The position numbers and the translations under genes are program-made. Below the pieces are notes generated by a model, which saw only the letters and a program-made list of their open reading frames with translations, was not told the origin of the DNA and searched no databases. DNA of 64,000 bases from Camelus dromedarius. Lineage: Eukaryota. This document shows, piece after piece, positions 1 to 13,950 of this stretch. The stretch lies in the NCBI RefSeq assembly GCF_036321535.1, contig NC_087436.1:108750001-108814000 (forward strand). The letters are read 5' to 3'. How positions within the stretch are numbered: the stretch's first letter is position 1; every line of letters starts with the position of its first letter.

Positions 1-2140
1 CCTCAAGGAGACTTTTACCCCTCCTGCCTCGTGGCAGCAGAGCTCTGGAGGAGGGCAGAACAGACACCGAGAAAAGAGCATCTTTTTCCTTCAGCCAACA
101 GATTAGTCCACTGACCTGCCTGCCCAAGTCCGGGCCCTGGACAGTGCCAGAGCCCCAGAGTACCCACCGGGAATGCTCGGAGGGGTAACTATTATTCATG
201 TTTGTGATCTGCACTCTGTTTTAATAACTGTGGTTTTATTACTAGCCATTTTTCAGGTACCAGCCTTGGGCTAAATTTTAACTATTTTGCTTTGCACTGG
301 GTAGGAAGTGATGAGAGATTGAAAAATAAATGAGACACACTTTTTTCTCCCATTGCTTATGAACTAGTTCATGATAGAGAATATGCAAATAATATAGGAG
401 AATAAAGAGATGAGTGGATATAGGTGGGATGTGGGCGGTGTTTTATGTAGTCTGAGTACTGTGTGCAGTGACCAAGGACAGTAGGGAGGAGAGAGACAGT
501 CGGAAAAGTCTGCTCTTAAATATCTTCACTTAAAGCCTAGTCATTCTGGGGCCTCAGTGATTGAGAACTCTAGCCATCACACAACAGTGGCAAAACCTGA
601 TGAAACTTAAAAAGGATTATTGGTGACTGGTTATTTAGTGGTGACAAACACAACAAACACTGGCCAGAGTGAAGACAGTAGAGAACGTGGGCATCGATAG
701 TACTAACATTTTAAACCTCTGCCTTGTAGACTGGAACATTGGGATATTTTTCATACCTATTAGAGCACAGAGTATAGAGTAAGTGTTCAATAAATCATTG
801 TTGAGGAATGAAAATTAGTATTGATTTGTATATATTGATATATACATATGTCAGTGTCTTTTTTGAGTGATGAAATCTTTAGGACAGGGTGTTTTTTTTA
901 AAATAAATCTATGTAATCTCAGAAGCTGGCACATAAAAGATACTGAAAGAATGTTAACTGAATGAGTGATTGTAACAGTCTTCTCTAAACCTATTCCTAT
1001 CCTGTGGTTGTGTTAGGTAATCCTACCTGAGTCTAAGGGGTAGGTATCTGTCTGGATGGAAAGAGTAGCTCTTCAGTGCTGTTAAGGGCTCAGGGCTGAC
1101 TTTATCTCGGGCAGAACCTTTCCCTTGAGCACCTTCTTTTCTTCTGTCAGAAGATTATATGGCGTGATGAACTTTGTCACCGTTGTCATTGCTTGAAGTC
1201 TTGCTAGGTGCCAGTGTCTGTACTAAATATCTCTTTAAATGAAGTTCATTCTTAGATCAACACTTCTATGAGGTGAAAAGTATCAGTTCTAGTTTATACC
1301 TAACAAAACTGTATCTTGGGTATGATCTAGGATCTGCAGGCAAGAAAAGCTCTTGTGTTCCAGCTTTCTAGTTTATATTATGGGAATCCTAACACCTACC
1401 TCATTGACGTTCTTATGTAAATTAAAACTTCTACATACAGTAGGCATGTACGACCACAGACAAGGTCAGATACATTGTCGCTGCTCATTAAGTGGCAGGC
1501 ATGATGATGGTGATAGCCATGGCTGATTAGCAAGGAGCTACTGGTTGAGGATGACTGGTCTACAGGAAGACCTGGGAATATTGGTTGATACAGAGGTCTT
1601 TGGGAACCACAGAAAGGGTTTCTGAGTCTTGGGAGCTTCTTTAGGAGTGTCTGCTAAGAAAAATTGTATGGAATTTCTATGTACTCATAGGAGACAGCAT
1701 AGTTTATCTCAAATATTGGAGAGCTGTTGAAGAATGTCATGCACACACGTGACATGATAAGGTTGTTCTTGTCGAAATTCCCCCAAAGGCAGTGTAGACA
1801 ATGTGAATGGGGAACTTGAACAGAAATAAAAATGGCCTAAATAAAGGCAGAAGAGTAGGGCTAGAGATACCTTAGTAGATTTTTAGGAGGTAAGATGAAC
1901 AGGAGTTAGAGACTGTTAGGACATGGAGGTAGGCTGAGTGGGACTTAAGAGTCTAGGATGGTTTCTAGTTTTCCAGCTGAGGAACAGGGCATTTGCAAGA
2001 CTTCAGAAGCTGGTTTTAAGAGATAATTATTATGACTTCCATGTTGGACATGTTGCACTTGAGGTCCTGTGAGCTCTCCATGTAACTCAATGACTTCCTC
2101 ATCTTCTTCATCTATCTCTGCAATCAATATTCCTTAGACT

Positions 2141-2579
2141 TGGTGGTGGTTGGAATAGTGTCTCCCCAGAATCGGTGTTTACCTGGAACCTGTGAGAGTG
2201 ACCTTATTTGGAAATAGGATATTTGACAAGTAATCAAGTTAAGATGAAATTATGTTGGGTATGGATGGGCCCTAAATCCAACCACTGGTATCTTTATAAG
2301 GAGAGGGAGATGCAGAGAGATGGAAGAGACAGAACGCAGGGAAAAGTCATGTGAGTACAAAGACAGAGATTGGAGTTATGGTACCACAAACCAGTGAATG
2401 CCCAGACACTCTAAAAGAGGCAGAAAATGATCCTCTCCTAGAGCTTTTGAAGGGAATAGAGCCTTACAGACACCTTGATTTTAGACTTGTGGCCTCCAGA
2501 ACCATGATGGAATTAATTTCTGTTGTTTTAAGCCACTGAGTTTGAAGTAATTTGTTACGGTAACCCTAGAAAAGTAATA
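2141..2579 (+). mobile_element. MaLR solo LTR (MLT1C-like)
   Basis: Diagnostic motifs gtgaccttatttggaaatagg, gggccctaaatccaa, ggcctccagaac…tttctgttgttttaagccac…tttgttac. Confidence 0.85.
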
Positions 2580-2752
2580 AGGCCCTCTTGCCAGCTTTAA
2601 TTTTCTCTGTAGCACTTGGGGCCATCTGATAATCTATTTATATTTTCTTAATGTGGATATTGTCCATTCCTCCTCATTACAATTTAAGCACCATGATGGT
2701 AGAGATTTTTATCTTTTTTTTTTTAAATCCACTGTAACATCAGCAATGCCTA

Positions 2753-2982
2753 CACGGTCGGCCCTTGAACAATGGGGGTTGGGGTCCCCAACCTTCCAAG
2801 CAGTAAAAAATTCCACGTACAATATATGGTTGGTGCTCTGTATCCTCGGTTCCTCCATATCATCAGGTGGTTCATGTAGATGGATTCTGCCCACCACAGA
2901 CTGTGTAGTACTTATCTACTGAAAAGAATCCACCTCTACGGGGACCCACCAGTTCAAACTTGTGTTGTTCAACGGTTAAATG
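2753..2982. mobile_element. Tigger2-derived MITE (MER8-like)
   Basis: Degenerate TIRs cggtcggcccttgaacaa … ttgttcaacggttaaatg, internal ggacccaccagttcaaac, about 230 bp. Confidence 0.75.
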
Positions 2983-3662
2983 GGCAAGTGTGGATTAAAG
3001 ACAGAAGCAAACCAATGACAGAACTCCAAGGAGCATGAATATTCAAATTTAAGGGCAATGGAAATAAGAGAAGTGCATAATGGGAAAGAATGACCAAAGC
3101 CTTTGTGAGAGGAAAACCAGGAGGATGTGGTGTCAATAAAGCAGAAGAGGAGAGACACTTCAGGAAAGGAGTAGTCCCGAGTAGTGCATGATGCAAAATG
3201 ATCTCATAAATTAAGAAGAGCTGTGGAAAGTCTTGATGAAGTTTAGAAGAGAAGTTCAGGGTGTGATGGCCTGAACTTCTGATATTAGATGGCAGCTCTT
3301 TGAGGAATAAATTGCTTTATTTTGCTAAAATATGAGAGGCCTAACTGTGTGTGTACACGAGGGCAGCGGGGAGGGCAGGGACAGATGGACGGGGAGAAAT
3401 TAGAGGAAGAGGAAACCAAGTTGATCCATCTTCTGAACTCTGCTCCATTTACATCATAACTTCTTAGATTTGCCTTCTAAATTTTTCATCATTTAGACAG
3501 GAAGAGTCTTCGTTTTGTATGTTTTCCATACATTCTTCAAACAAGTGCTTGTTTCTGATCCTTTAGATGACGTTCAGCTTTACCAAACCTTTTTTCACCT
3601 AAATGCATATATACAAATAGAAGGGTAGGAGTGTATCCCATTGGCTGGGAGAAACCCATGAT

Positions 3663-3775
3663 CAGTGTAACCAATCATTTGCTTTGCCCGGTACTGAGGG
3701 GTTTCCTGAGACGTGAGACTTTGAGTGCTAGAATCCCGAGATACCCTTGATGGACCAGGATGGGTGGCCACTCTA
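3663..3775. mobile_element. hAT-Blackjack MITE (MER81-like)
   Basis: 113 bp; tttgcccggtactgaggggtttcctgagacgtgagactttgagtgctagaatc, with a terminal tggccactcta resembling TGGTCACCCTA. Confidence 0.7.
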
Positions 3776-4752
3776 CCCATGCACACTGTTAAGTAATTTT
3801 AATTCAGAGCTGGCTAAACTGCTTTCTGGTTTTCTGCCTTTTTAGCTAGACACGGTATCTAAAGTTTTGTGGAAAGAAAGGACTGGAGAGTCAAAATCAA
3901 TACAGTTTTCACCTAAGGCAACAATTGTTTGGGTTAACATTGTGAATGTTCACTAATATTGGGTCTGCCAGATCTTATCTTGAAATTGTTTTAAAATATC
4001 ATGAACCATGGATAATCCTACTAGAATCCAAGTAATGATCCAACTTCTGTGTCATTACTTTGGAAAAGCTTTCATTAAGTTATCCCCTTCAGTTGGTAGA
4101 GCCGGGTGCTCCTTCTGTGGATTTCCACAATGTTCTTATTAACTTGGAACATTGTACTTATCAAGTTGTATTATAAATACCTATTTACTTGTATTCATCT
4201 CCCACTAGAGCATCAGAGTTGATGAGAGAATTAGGTTCTATGTTTATGAGGCATTTAATAAATACTGGTAGAATTAGCTAGGTTCCACTCTGTACTTTTA
4301 TAAATAATAGTTCCAAACGTGGCAAGGAATACATAAGTTATGAGGATTTCTCTAAATTTCAATGATGCAAAAACATGATTTTTATAAGCAGTGTTTCTGT
4401 TTTGCAATATTAATCAAACGTAATAACCTGGAATTTTTTTTCTAATTTGTTTATTTACAGTAATGTATGCCATAGCAAAACTTTAAAACTTCATTTATAT
4501 GAAGAACTTTAAAAGCTGAAAATTAAATCTTCACTTATGCACATTTTGACAAGTCAGTTTTGATTTTGAAAAAGAATAAAATTGGAACTATCTTTGAAAT
4601 TCTGTATTTGCTAAACATAAGTTAATGTAATGTATAGCTTTTACATAGTTTTAAAAGTGACACCAAAATGCCATATATTAGAGCTAACATTGAGAAAATG
4701 CATTTCTTTGAACATATTTTAATACTCTTATTATTGTTCTCTGTGTCCAGTT

Positions 4753-4753
<1 letters not shown>

Positions 4754-4783
<30 letters not shown>
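4754..4783. repeat. (CA)15 microsatellite
   Basis: Perfect dinucleotide run read directly from the sequence. Confidence 0.95.
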
Positions 4784-4785
<2 letters not shown>

Positions 4786-6275
4786 GTTCTTAGTTTTTGT
4801 TCTAATGTTTCTATTGTTCCTCTCAGAATTGAATTAGGTAGTCCCCTGGAAATAAATCATGTCTTCAATTATTAAAAAGCCCTAGAAACAGTAGACATTT
4901 TAATATAACACTGCTTTGACAAATAATAGCTTAAAAATGTATGCTGGTGTGTTGTTTTCTAGCTTTAAAAATACCCTTTTAAAAATATAGATAAACATGG
5001 CATTTTTCTAAGGCACTGCACTTGCTCAGCTGCATACAACTGAAATGGCATTGGGACGTTATAACTAAATTCCACACATTTTAATTTAAACTGTAATGAA
5101 TACTGAAAACAAACAGCTAGAATTCAGTCTCAAATCCTCCTCCAAAAATCAAAATGCTAGCAAGAAAGAAATATTTTTGTCTTCACTTTTTTTTCTTTAT
5201 TTAGTAAAGCTGTTCCATGAAGGGATTAATATTGTATCAAGGAAAAGACTTTTTTTACTTTTAATCAATTTTTATCATATTTCAAAGAACTGCGATTTAA
5301 AAATATTATGGTCCTCAGAATATTTTAAGATAGGAATAAATACCCGTGAGTTCTAAATATTGTAATCCCATCAGTTACAGGCACTATTACAGCTGCAAAG
5401 AAAGCAGCAATTTAAATATTTTATTCCCACACACTTCTTTCTCCTTTTCTGCTCACTAAAATCATCATTCACTTTCTTGGAAAAAGGCCATCTAGCCACA
5501 GTCCCAAAATAAAACCAGCAAAAATATCTTAAGAAAAATACAAAAAGGTTGTATTTTGATACTAATTGTTGGTTTCATAATTTCTTGCTTTGTTTAGAGA
5601 GGTGTAAGAATTTATTTTGGGCTATGCAATTATTCCCAGTGGCCAACAGCTAAATTATTTGAGCAGAAGAAACTAAGGTGAAAGCACAAATACTGCACCA
5701 TAGCAAGAAATCCAGGAGATGCTTTTCTAAGTTCAGTAATTTCCAGGAAGTTCAATATGTTGGAGTGAATCGTGTACAAACTCACTGATGGCGGGGAAAA
5801 TGTCCCATAACTGTGCCTTACTTTACAAAATCTCAAAACACTAAACTTTGAACTTACAGGATGAATGACTTAAGAAGTAAGTTTTATAAATGAATGTCTC
5901 AGTTTTCCGAAGAGTTCTGCAGAGGTTGACTTTAAATTGCAAGCTCCAATACATGCAAAACACAGGAACACGATATATGAGTACTTCTCAGGAAGTAGCT
6001 AAAGATGTGTTGCAGGGTACAATGCATTGAAAATCACCTCTGTTTCCTTTGTGATGAACAGTAAAATCAAGTAGGAAGACAGGCAGATGGTCGAATTAAT
6101 CCAGACATTGCCCAAGCTTTCATCTCCTTCTGCCAGAAGGAGGGGGGGGTGGGACAGAACCAGCTGTATTCCTGCCTTTCTCTCTGCACTGCTCACCTCT
6201 CACGCTTCCCTTTAGTCAAGCTTTGCTAAGACCCCAAAAGGCCAGATATCTTGTCAACCAAATACCCTTAGGCAT

Positions 6276-6830
6276 TGTGTAGAAAAGTTGACGTACGGGC
6301 CTGAGTCCGATCTCCATAGCCTGAGTCTGAAAGGCTGCCTGCCAGGTTGACCCTTGTCTGGCATCTGTGCACTTGGATTTCCTGAGGGTTCCCATTACTT
6401 CCTAACTGGTAAGACTGGCTCACAGTTCCTAAACTATTTGTTCAAAAAAATGCAGTTTATAATAAACCCCTGATTTCCTTCTGGGAGTCTGAAATTGTGG
6501 TACATCCTAAGCAGAGTGTCTACGTGACCTGACCCCAGTAGAAACCTTGGACACTGTGTCTTTAATGAGCTTTCCTGATAGGCAACAATTCAACATGTTG
6601 TCATGACTCTTGCAGGGGAAATTAAGTGGGTCCCACATGACTCCACTGGAAGAGGGTTCTTGGATGCTTGCACCTGCGTCCCTCTGAACTTTGCCCAACA
6701 TGCCTTTCCCCTGGGCTGATTTTGTTTTGTACGCTTCTGTTGCAATAAACCGTAGCCATGAGTAGGACTGTATGCTGAGTCCTGTGTGTCCTTCTGGTGA
6801 CTCACCAAACCTTTGAGACTTTCCAACACA
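6276..6830 (+). mobile_element. ERVL solo LTR (MER68-like)
   Basis: TG…CA termini, tttccttctgggagtctgaaattgtggtac, tgactccactggaagagg, internal aataaa, degenerate 5-bp TSD ggcat/agcac. Confidence 0.8.
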
Positions 6831-7494
6831 AGCACGTGTGATGTAAAATGTGATTATATAATATATAATGAATTAGTCTCTCTCCTGTGCATGTGCATGG
6901 TACTAGCTCTGTTCTATTATAGGAAGAACTGAGAAAATAGTCACTCAGATCATATTTTGTGTTCTGTGGTTCTGATGCGGAATCCATGACTCTACTTCCC
7001 TTACGCTAATACTTTCCCTTACTGTTTAGCACTTTCACATATGCCTTTACTGATGAGGAGACGATAGTATAGAGACTTAGAAACTGGCCCAAAGTCATTC
7101 ATCCATTCACTCAATATTATTTTGACCCATTATGTGCCAGGATTGTGCTAGGTCATGGGATATAGATTGAAAAAAGAAAACAAAGAGAAAAAAAGTGTTA
7201 TTTTTCAATACAGTGAAATAAATCCCAATTTAAAAGTATATAAAGAGGTAGTGCAGCTGGACGATTCTCTTACTGCCTAATCACATAACTAATATTTAGA
7301 AGAAATAACAGGCAAGCCAAAGTTTGTCTGACACAGAGTTTGTCCTCAGACCCTTGGTACAATCATTCAGAGGAGTTCTACTCAAGCTCACCAATCCAAG
7401 GTGCTTTGGTTGTGAAAATAGTATGCAGGTTTTCCACACTCAAGCAATGGCCTAGAAATATGAAATCATAACACGTTTTTTAGTTTCAGCTTTT

Positions 7495-8009
7495 AAAGAA
7501 AACAAAAACTGATTAGAAAAGATACATGCACCCCAATGTTCATAGCAGTGTTATTTACAATTACCAAGATATGGAAGTGATCTAAGTGTCCATCAACAGA
7601 TAAATAGATAGACATGATGTGAGCTACACACACACACACACACACACACACAGGAATACTACTCAGCCATAACAAAGAATGAAATTTTGCCATTTGCAGC
7701 AATATGGATGGACTTGGAGGACATCATGCTAAGTGAAATATATCAGACAGAGAAAGACAAATGCTATATAACATAATATATGTGGAAGCTAAAAAACACA
7801 ACAAACTAGTGAATAAAACAAGAAAGAAGCAGACACAGCTATAGAGAACAAACTAGTGGTTACCCATAGAGAGAGGGAAGGGGGAGGGCAATAAAGGGGT
7901 GGTGGGGGGAAAGGGTTATTGTGGGTTTATATGAAATCATTTATATAAAACTTCTGAAAATTGTAAAGCACTATAGAATTTAAAGAATCTTTCATTCAAT
8001 AAAAAAAAA
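7495..8009 (+). mobile_element. 5'-truncated L1 (ORF2 end plus 3' UTR) with internal (CA)13 at 7627-7652
   Basis: gatacatgcaccccaatgttcatagcag, ggaatactactcagccata, ccatttgcagcaatatggatggacttggagg; ends aataaaaaaaaa. Confidence 0.9.
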
Positions 8010-8429
8010 CAACATGGACTATCTCATGCTCTCAATCAAATCAAGATAATTAGGCTCAAAGTACAGAAGCTTCAAGACTGTTTAACTAGTGGTCAGTGCT
8101 TAATATGCCAATAATTCAAGCCATTATGTACTCAGAACTCATTAGGAATGTATTAGGTATTTTAATATATCCCAGAGTTGGAATGATACAAACCTAATAT
8201 GAGAAAAGAATAAATCATGAATAACTGCCCACTATGTACTGGTAGCTACATAATGAAGAATAAGATACAATATTTGATCCTGAGAAGGGACATGCAGTTA
8301 AGTACATGACAAGATGCCACAAAACTACAAATATATTGAATATATTGGAGTTTAATTGGAGTGCATTTGTGAATCTTTAAAAGAAATTTTTAAAAAATGC
8401 ATTGCTAAAGCTGAGTGAATTAGACAGGG

Positions 8430-8800
8430 CTAGACGCTGCTTTTATCCATTCTCATTTCTTTGTCACTTACAGAACACCAATTTTAATTGGGGCAGCAAT
8501 GAGCCTAGATAATACAATCAACCAGGCTTTCTTGCTGTTAGAAATAATCATTTAATGCAGTTCGAACAATGAGCTACAAGTGGAAGTCTGTTGGTCCACT
8601 GGGTAGAATTTCCAGACAAACTTTTGATTTCTCAATTCAGAAGAAGAGAAGGAGGGGAAGGAGGAGGAGGGGGAGGAGAGGGAATAGACTCAGTTGGCAC
8701 CTGCCTTTGCCCTTCAAACTTCCCCTTCTTTTTGACTGTAATGTTGGTAGGATGACTGGAGGTATCTATAGTAGCCATCTTTGAGCAAGAGAAAGAAAGC
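8430..8800. mobile_element. Old ERVL/MaLR-type LTR fragment containing a polypurine tract (8640-8685)
   Basis: Weak resemblance only (ccaattttaattggggcagcaatg; gtggaagtctgttgg; atgactggagg…agccatctt). Confidence 0.35.
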
Positions 8801-11800
8801 CACGGATTACCATGAACCAATCTAGAAAGGGCTTAGCTTAATTAAAGTGGTTGACTTGCATTCAATTGATGTAGGATAGAGTCTTGCAGTCCTTACTGGA
8901 CAGGAATTAAGTATTTTGTACTTGCTTAGAGCTTTGAAGGTTCTTGGTCTGGTCTAACCTAAATTCCTAGTATAATACTGATAGTATTGCGGTTAGGTTT
9001 AGAAGGTTTCAATGGAAGTTCCTACTTCTACACTTCTGTTTTGTAGAAATGAACACTTATTTGGTTATGCCACTATGGTCCACGTGGAGCTGAAAATCGA
9101 TACTAATTCATACAATGACAGTTCCTTTGTGTGTAATCCTTTCATTTATTCACTTTGCTATTCAGGGACTGAGAGAGTTACTCTTACAAATTATGAGCTA
9201 AGTATCTGCACATTTTTTTGTGATGCTCTGTCCAATGAAGAATGTAGACAACATGCCATTGAGAAGATACTAATGATTCACTATCCACTGCAAAGATCCT
9301 ATTTCCAAAATAGAAAAAAATGACAATAAAATAATAGGGGTGGTGTGGAAATTCACAGAGTGACACAAGAGTTGAGTTTCTTGAGTGAATTTCTAATTTT
9401 TTTCAAACATCACCGTGTAGCTGGTCTGCTCATGGTGTTAGTTTTGTACCAGGTGTGACTTGGGGTGTTTTCTCCTACAAGTAAATGAGAAAATAAAAAT
9501 GCAACTTGTGACTGTAATGCAGAGACAGTTTTTTAGCAAAAACTCCAGGATTTATAGATGTAAAGGCTTCTTAGCTTTTAATGAAATGCCTTAAAAATTT
9601 TTTTCTCTGATTCTGATGATACTGACAGAATCTTTTGGTGAATTACCCTTTTGAAATTGTCTACAGAGCCAGTTTACAATCCAAGGAGGAAAATCCATCT
9701 CCTAACTTTGCAGTCACACTTAAAAAAACAAAAACAAAAACAAAAACCCTCACAAGTTCAACTGTGGACCATAAGCAGTTAGATATATTTAAGTTTTCAG
9801 AGACAACTTCAGACTCATTTTGTACACCAGGAGAACAAAACTTGTAAAATAAATTCTATAAATAATAATTTTAAAGAACATTTAACACATTTGAAAGAAT
9901 TCCACATCTTGGGCTGTAAGAATCTTGCAAGAAACATTTTCGGGTACTTTTCTTGGTTGGTTATTCTGTACTTTCATACTTAAAGAGTACTTCAGAGTTT
10001 TTAGCAAATTTTCGTATATTTTTAAGTTTAAATTTAATAACGAATCCCATTTTACAGGTAAAAAATTGAAGTTCAGAGACATTAAGTCAATTTCCCAAGT
10101 CCCTAAAAGTAGTAACAGTCACTAAAGTAGGCCTGAAAAGTGAGTCTTCTGCATCCAAGTCTACTGTTCTTTAAACAGTATTTCTTTTTTTTGCTCATAT
10201 TCCTAAAATAACTTTGAGCAACTATACACACTCACACATTTTTAATTGAAATTGGAATGTTTTCATCATAAGTTTAATTAATTAATATAGTTCTGGATGT
10301 TATAATTCCCAGCATACTGCAAATACAGACTTTTAAAATGTTTCATCCATCTTTTAAATGTATTTATTATGTTGCATCTAACTGCTATAGAAAATTGATA
10401 CCATCATACATTCATTATTTTTCTTGAGGCCAAAATGTTCAACTTTTATTCTACTTTTTCCACAGAAATGTATCTAAATATAATATATATATTTTTATGG
10501 TTGAAAGCCTTTTCTTCATCATGGTATCATATTTCTCTGCAAGAAAAGTACCTATATAAATTCAATTCTGTTTAATTTTTCAGTTGAGATGAATAACAAT
10601 CATTAATAGTTGATCAAAATAACTTATTTCAAATTTTGAAAAAAAATTTTTAAGAGGACATAATTTCATTGAAATGTGTTTTGGTTCACATTTCCATGGA
10701 AGACTTGTGTTAACTGTCAGAATATGAATGGGCTAAACATCAATTATATTTCTCCTTTACATTCTTATGGATATAAGTGCTGAAAATTTTTGTTCACAGA
10801 AATAGTAACAACAGCTAAACTCACAGAGTATTTGTTGGGTGCTAAGCGTGGGTCCGAATGTTTGCTGCTCTACTGAACTTGTTTGATCCTCGCTATGAGG
10901 CCCTATTAGTGAAGTAGTATTCTTTTTCCCTTTGGATAATTTTTAAATTTTGCCACTTTAAAATATTTGCATTTATATTTACCATTTTTATCTCCCTGAA
11001 CTTCAGTTTCTTTATGTAAAATAAAATGATAACATTACCCACCCCACAGAGTTATTGTGAGGGTAGTATAGATTAATACGTCTGAAGTGCCTGCCTATAG
11101 TGCTGGCTAATGGAATTTGAAATGTAGGCATAGAGAAGTTGATATATTCCTGTGGTCACACAGGTAAGTAAGCAACGGAGTCTGAATTCAGCCAGAATCT
11201 GGCTCTATATGGCCCTCTGAAGTTCAGCAAGTAGATTGGAGAAGAGTGAGTTTTGTTAAGTGTGTTATAATTCTTTGAACTCCTTCCAATTTATTTGTCA
11301 AAAATCACCTAGTGAATGAAAAATAATTTTTGACAGTCTCTCAGCTGACAAGTTGACTTTGTCCCCTATCAATTTTGTTGAAAGCCAAGAATTAGAAATT
11401 GGCTTTGAAAATGATTCGTTCCTCTAGGGCTGGCATCCAGCTGGTGACAGTGTTTAGTATTGTCCCTGTGCTTGACACTCGGGAGGGATTTAAGCCCCAG
11501 GGCCCTCCACCGTAAGCAGTTTCTAGAATGGGCATGAGATATGTTTTCTGTTTTCCAATGGGAAAGTGTTTTATGAAAGGGAAAGTATGTCAGGAAAATC
11601 TGAAAAATAAATTATTTTAACACGGCCATGTTAGCACCTACCTCCTTGCTCTACAGCGAGGACGTTTTCTGTGAGTGGAAATCAGTGAGATAGAACAGAA
11701 CATGAACTGGTTGTCTGCTCCTTACTTATTCCAGGTTGTGTCTCTTAACTGGAAAAAGTAACTGAATAGCTAATACTGCATTTCCAGAGGCCATCTGTCC

Positions 11801-13499
11801 TTGCACAGACAGAAGTACCTTAGGATTAAATGTGACATCCTCGCTTGGCCTATGTTATACACAGATCATTAAATAGTTTGAGAGGCCCTAAAGGGGAGTT
11901 AACTATTTTCCTAGTATATTTCTGATAGAATGTATTGGGAAAAAAGAAGAAACTCTCATTTCTCTCTAGATTAAAAATAATCAGAATCATCATTAAGTAA
12001 TAAAACAAAAAAGTCTCTTAAATATGGTAATAAAACCAGATTTTTTTCCTAAAAGGAAGTACAATATTTATTAGTGACAGAAGGCATAGGGTGATGGTCT
12101 GTGCTTCATCATTTATCTCTAAAAGGAATATCTACTCCAGCTTCTCTGTGTACTGATGGGTATTTATCTGTTCCTTAAAATGACCACCTGGAATCAAGAC
12201 ATCTGATGAATGCATAACAATGTTTAAAAGACAGATTTTTTTTGCAGATAATCCATAATATAGGCAATTAATTTGGTTTACTGAGAATTCTAGTGGGTTA
12301 ACTCACAAGGGTCTCTTCCATTTTCAATAAATTGATTATCTTACTACTGCACTCTTGTAAACTTAGAAAGTATTCAAACAAAAAGCCATACTTTCAGATA
12401 GCATCCTGAGCATGCCAAAAGAGTGATTTTGGGAGAATATGAGAATATTATCCAGATACACAGTCCAACATTCCGGGAAAATCAGTTATATATCAAAACA
12501 AAGGCACAGCAAAATATACTTCATCTTGACTAAATCAACTGGTTTGGGTTTCACCATGAAATTCTAATTTAATAATTAAGACATCAATAAACTATTATTC
12601 TAATAGTTGACAATTAAAGAGATAGAATAAGTTGTGTCTTTCAGTAATTTCTCTTCTAACAGATACATGTCAAATATGTGGTTTGTATATAAAAAGAAAG
12701 ATAAACTTGTTAGCAGAACTATTCACTGATGACTCAGGAGACATATGGTAATTGTCTTTGGGATTCTGATGCCTGTTTATTGAGACCATAATTCTTGGCC
12801 CCAAAAGATACCAAAAGTCCCATGAGCAAATACGGTAGAGATAGCCATTCATAAATATTCAACTGTTAACGTAAACTACACAGACCCTTCAACAATTGCT
12901 TCTAGCAATTCAATAAAACTTATTCATTGTTGCTCTTATTTCAAAAGGATAACATATTCCATAAAAAATCTGTATACATAAAAATAATATTGTGCAGTTA
13001 ACAACTGAATTTATTTATAATTACAGTACTTCATAATTTCAATTCTATAATTTTACTTTTTAAAATAAAAATCAGATATGAAGCATCCAAATATGTCCTA
13101 AGTTTGATCATTCCAAATGGTTTATTTCTAAATATACCTTTCTGTATGTTACTTGATGTATTTCATAAAAAATAATGTGACATGATAAGCAAATAAGAAT
13201 CTTCGCCTTATTACCAGGTGATCTTACTGACTAAATCCTTCTCTGAGCCTTTGTTTCCTTATCTATATAGCCACCTATTTCACAGGGTTATTGTGTGGCT
13301 CTAATAAGAAAATGTATTTGAAAATACTATAAACAACTTAAGGCGCTATAGAAATCTAAACATTTTACTAGTGGTCATTGTAAATCCATGGTGCATCTCT
13401 TTTGATTCAAAAATTGCAAATGGCAACCAAAGCAACCTTCTTTATATCATTCTCTGCTTTCACTGCACTCTCATCAGCCATGTCTTTCAACCACGTCCT

Positions 13500-13950
13500 A
13501 CCTTAGATTCCTCTCCCTCCAGTCTTGTCAATTTTGCCTCAGGGAACACCTCTTGAATCTGGTATCTTTGTATTTTCCCAATGCTAATACCTTTGTTCAG
13601 CTTTTCGTCTGCTCTTGCCTGGACTATGGAATCAATACCTTGTCTGATATTTCTGTTTCAATGTTTTCTCTTATTCAAATCCATCAAAAAGATTACCCCT
13701 CTGCAAGGGTTATCTTTCTGAAAATACAAGTAGATCATTCTCTGTAACTCTCCGTTTTCCAGTGACTATGACCTGGCCCCTCAGTGTAATGTGTGTCCCA
13801 TCAAAATCTGCCAGACCTAATTCCAGCTACACCCTGCCTCTCCCCACTGTGCATCCTTTGTTCCAGCCACTTTGAATTTCACACTGTTCCACAAATATGC
13901 CTTTCCATGATGTTAAACCTATGCTGGGTTATCCTTTCCACATAGAATGT
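13500..13950 (+). mobile_element. L2 fragment
   Basis: ctcttgcctggactatg, ttatctttctgaaaatacaagtagatca, tccagccac typical of decayed L2. Confidence 0.6.

Noticed and set aside
245..265. Possible recursive splice site tttttcAG|GTacc
   Set aside because: The pyrimidine tract is short and the regenerated donor is a poor match to GTRAG.
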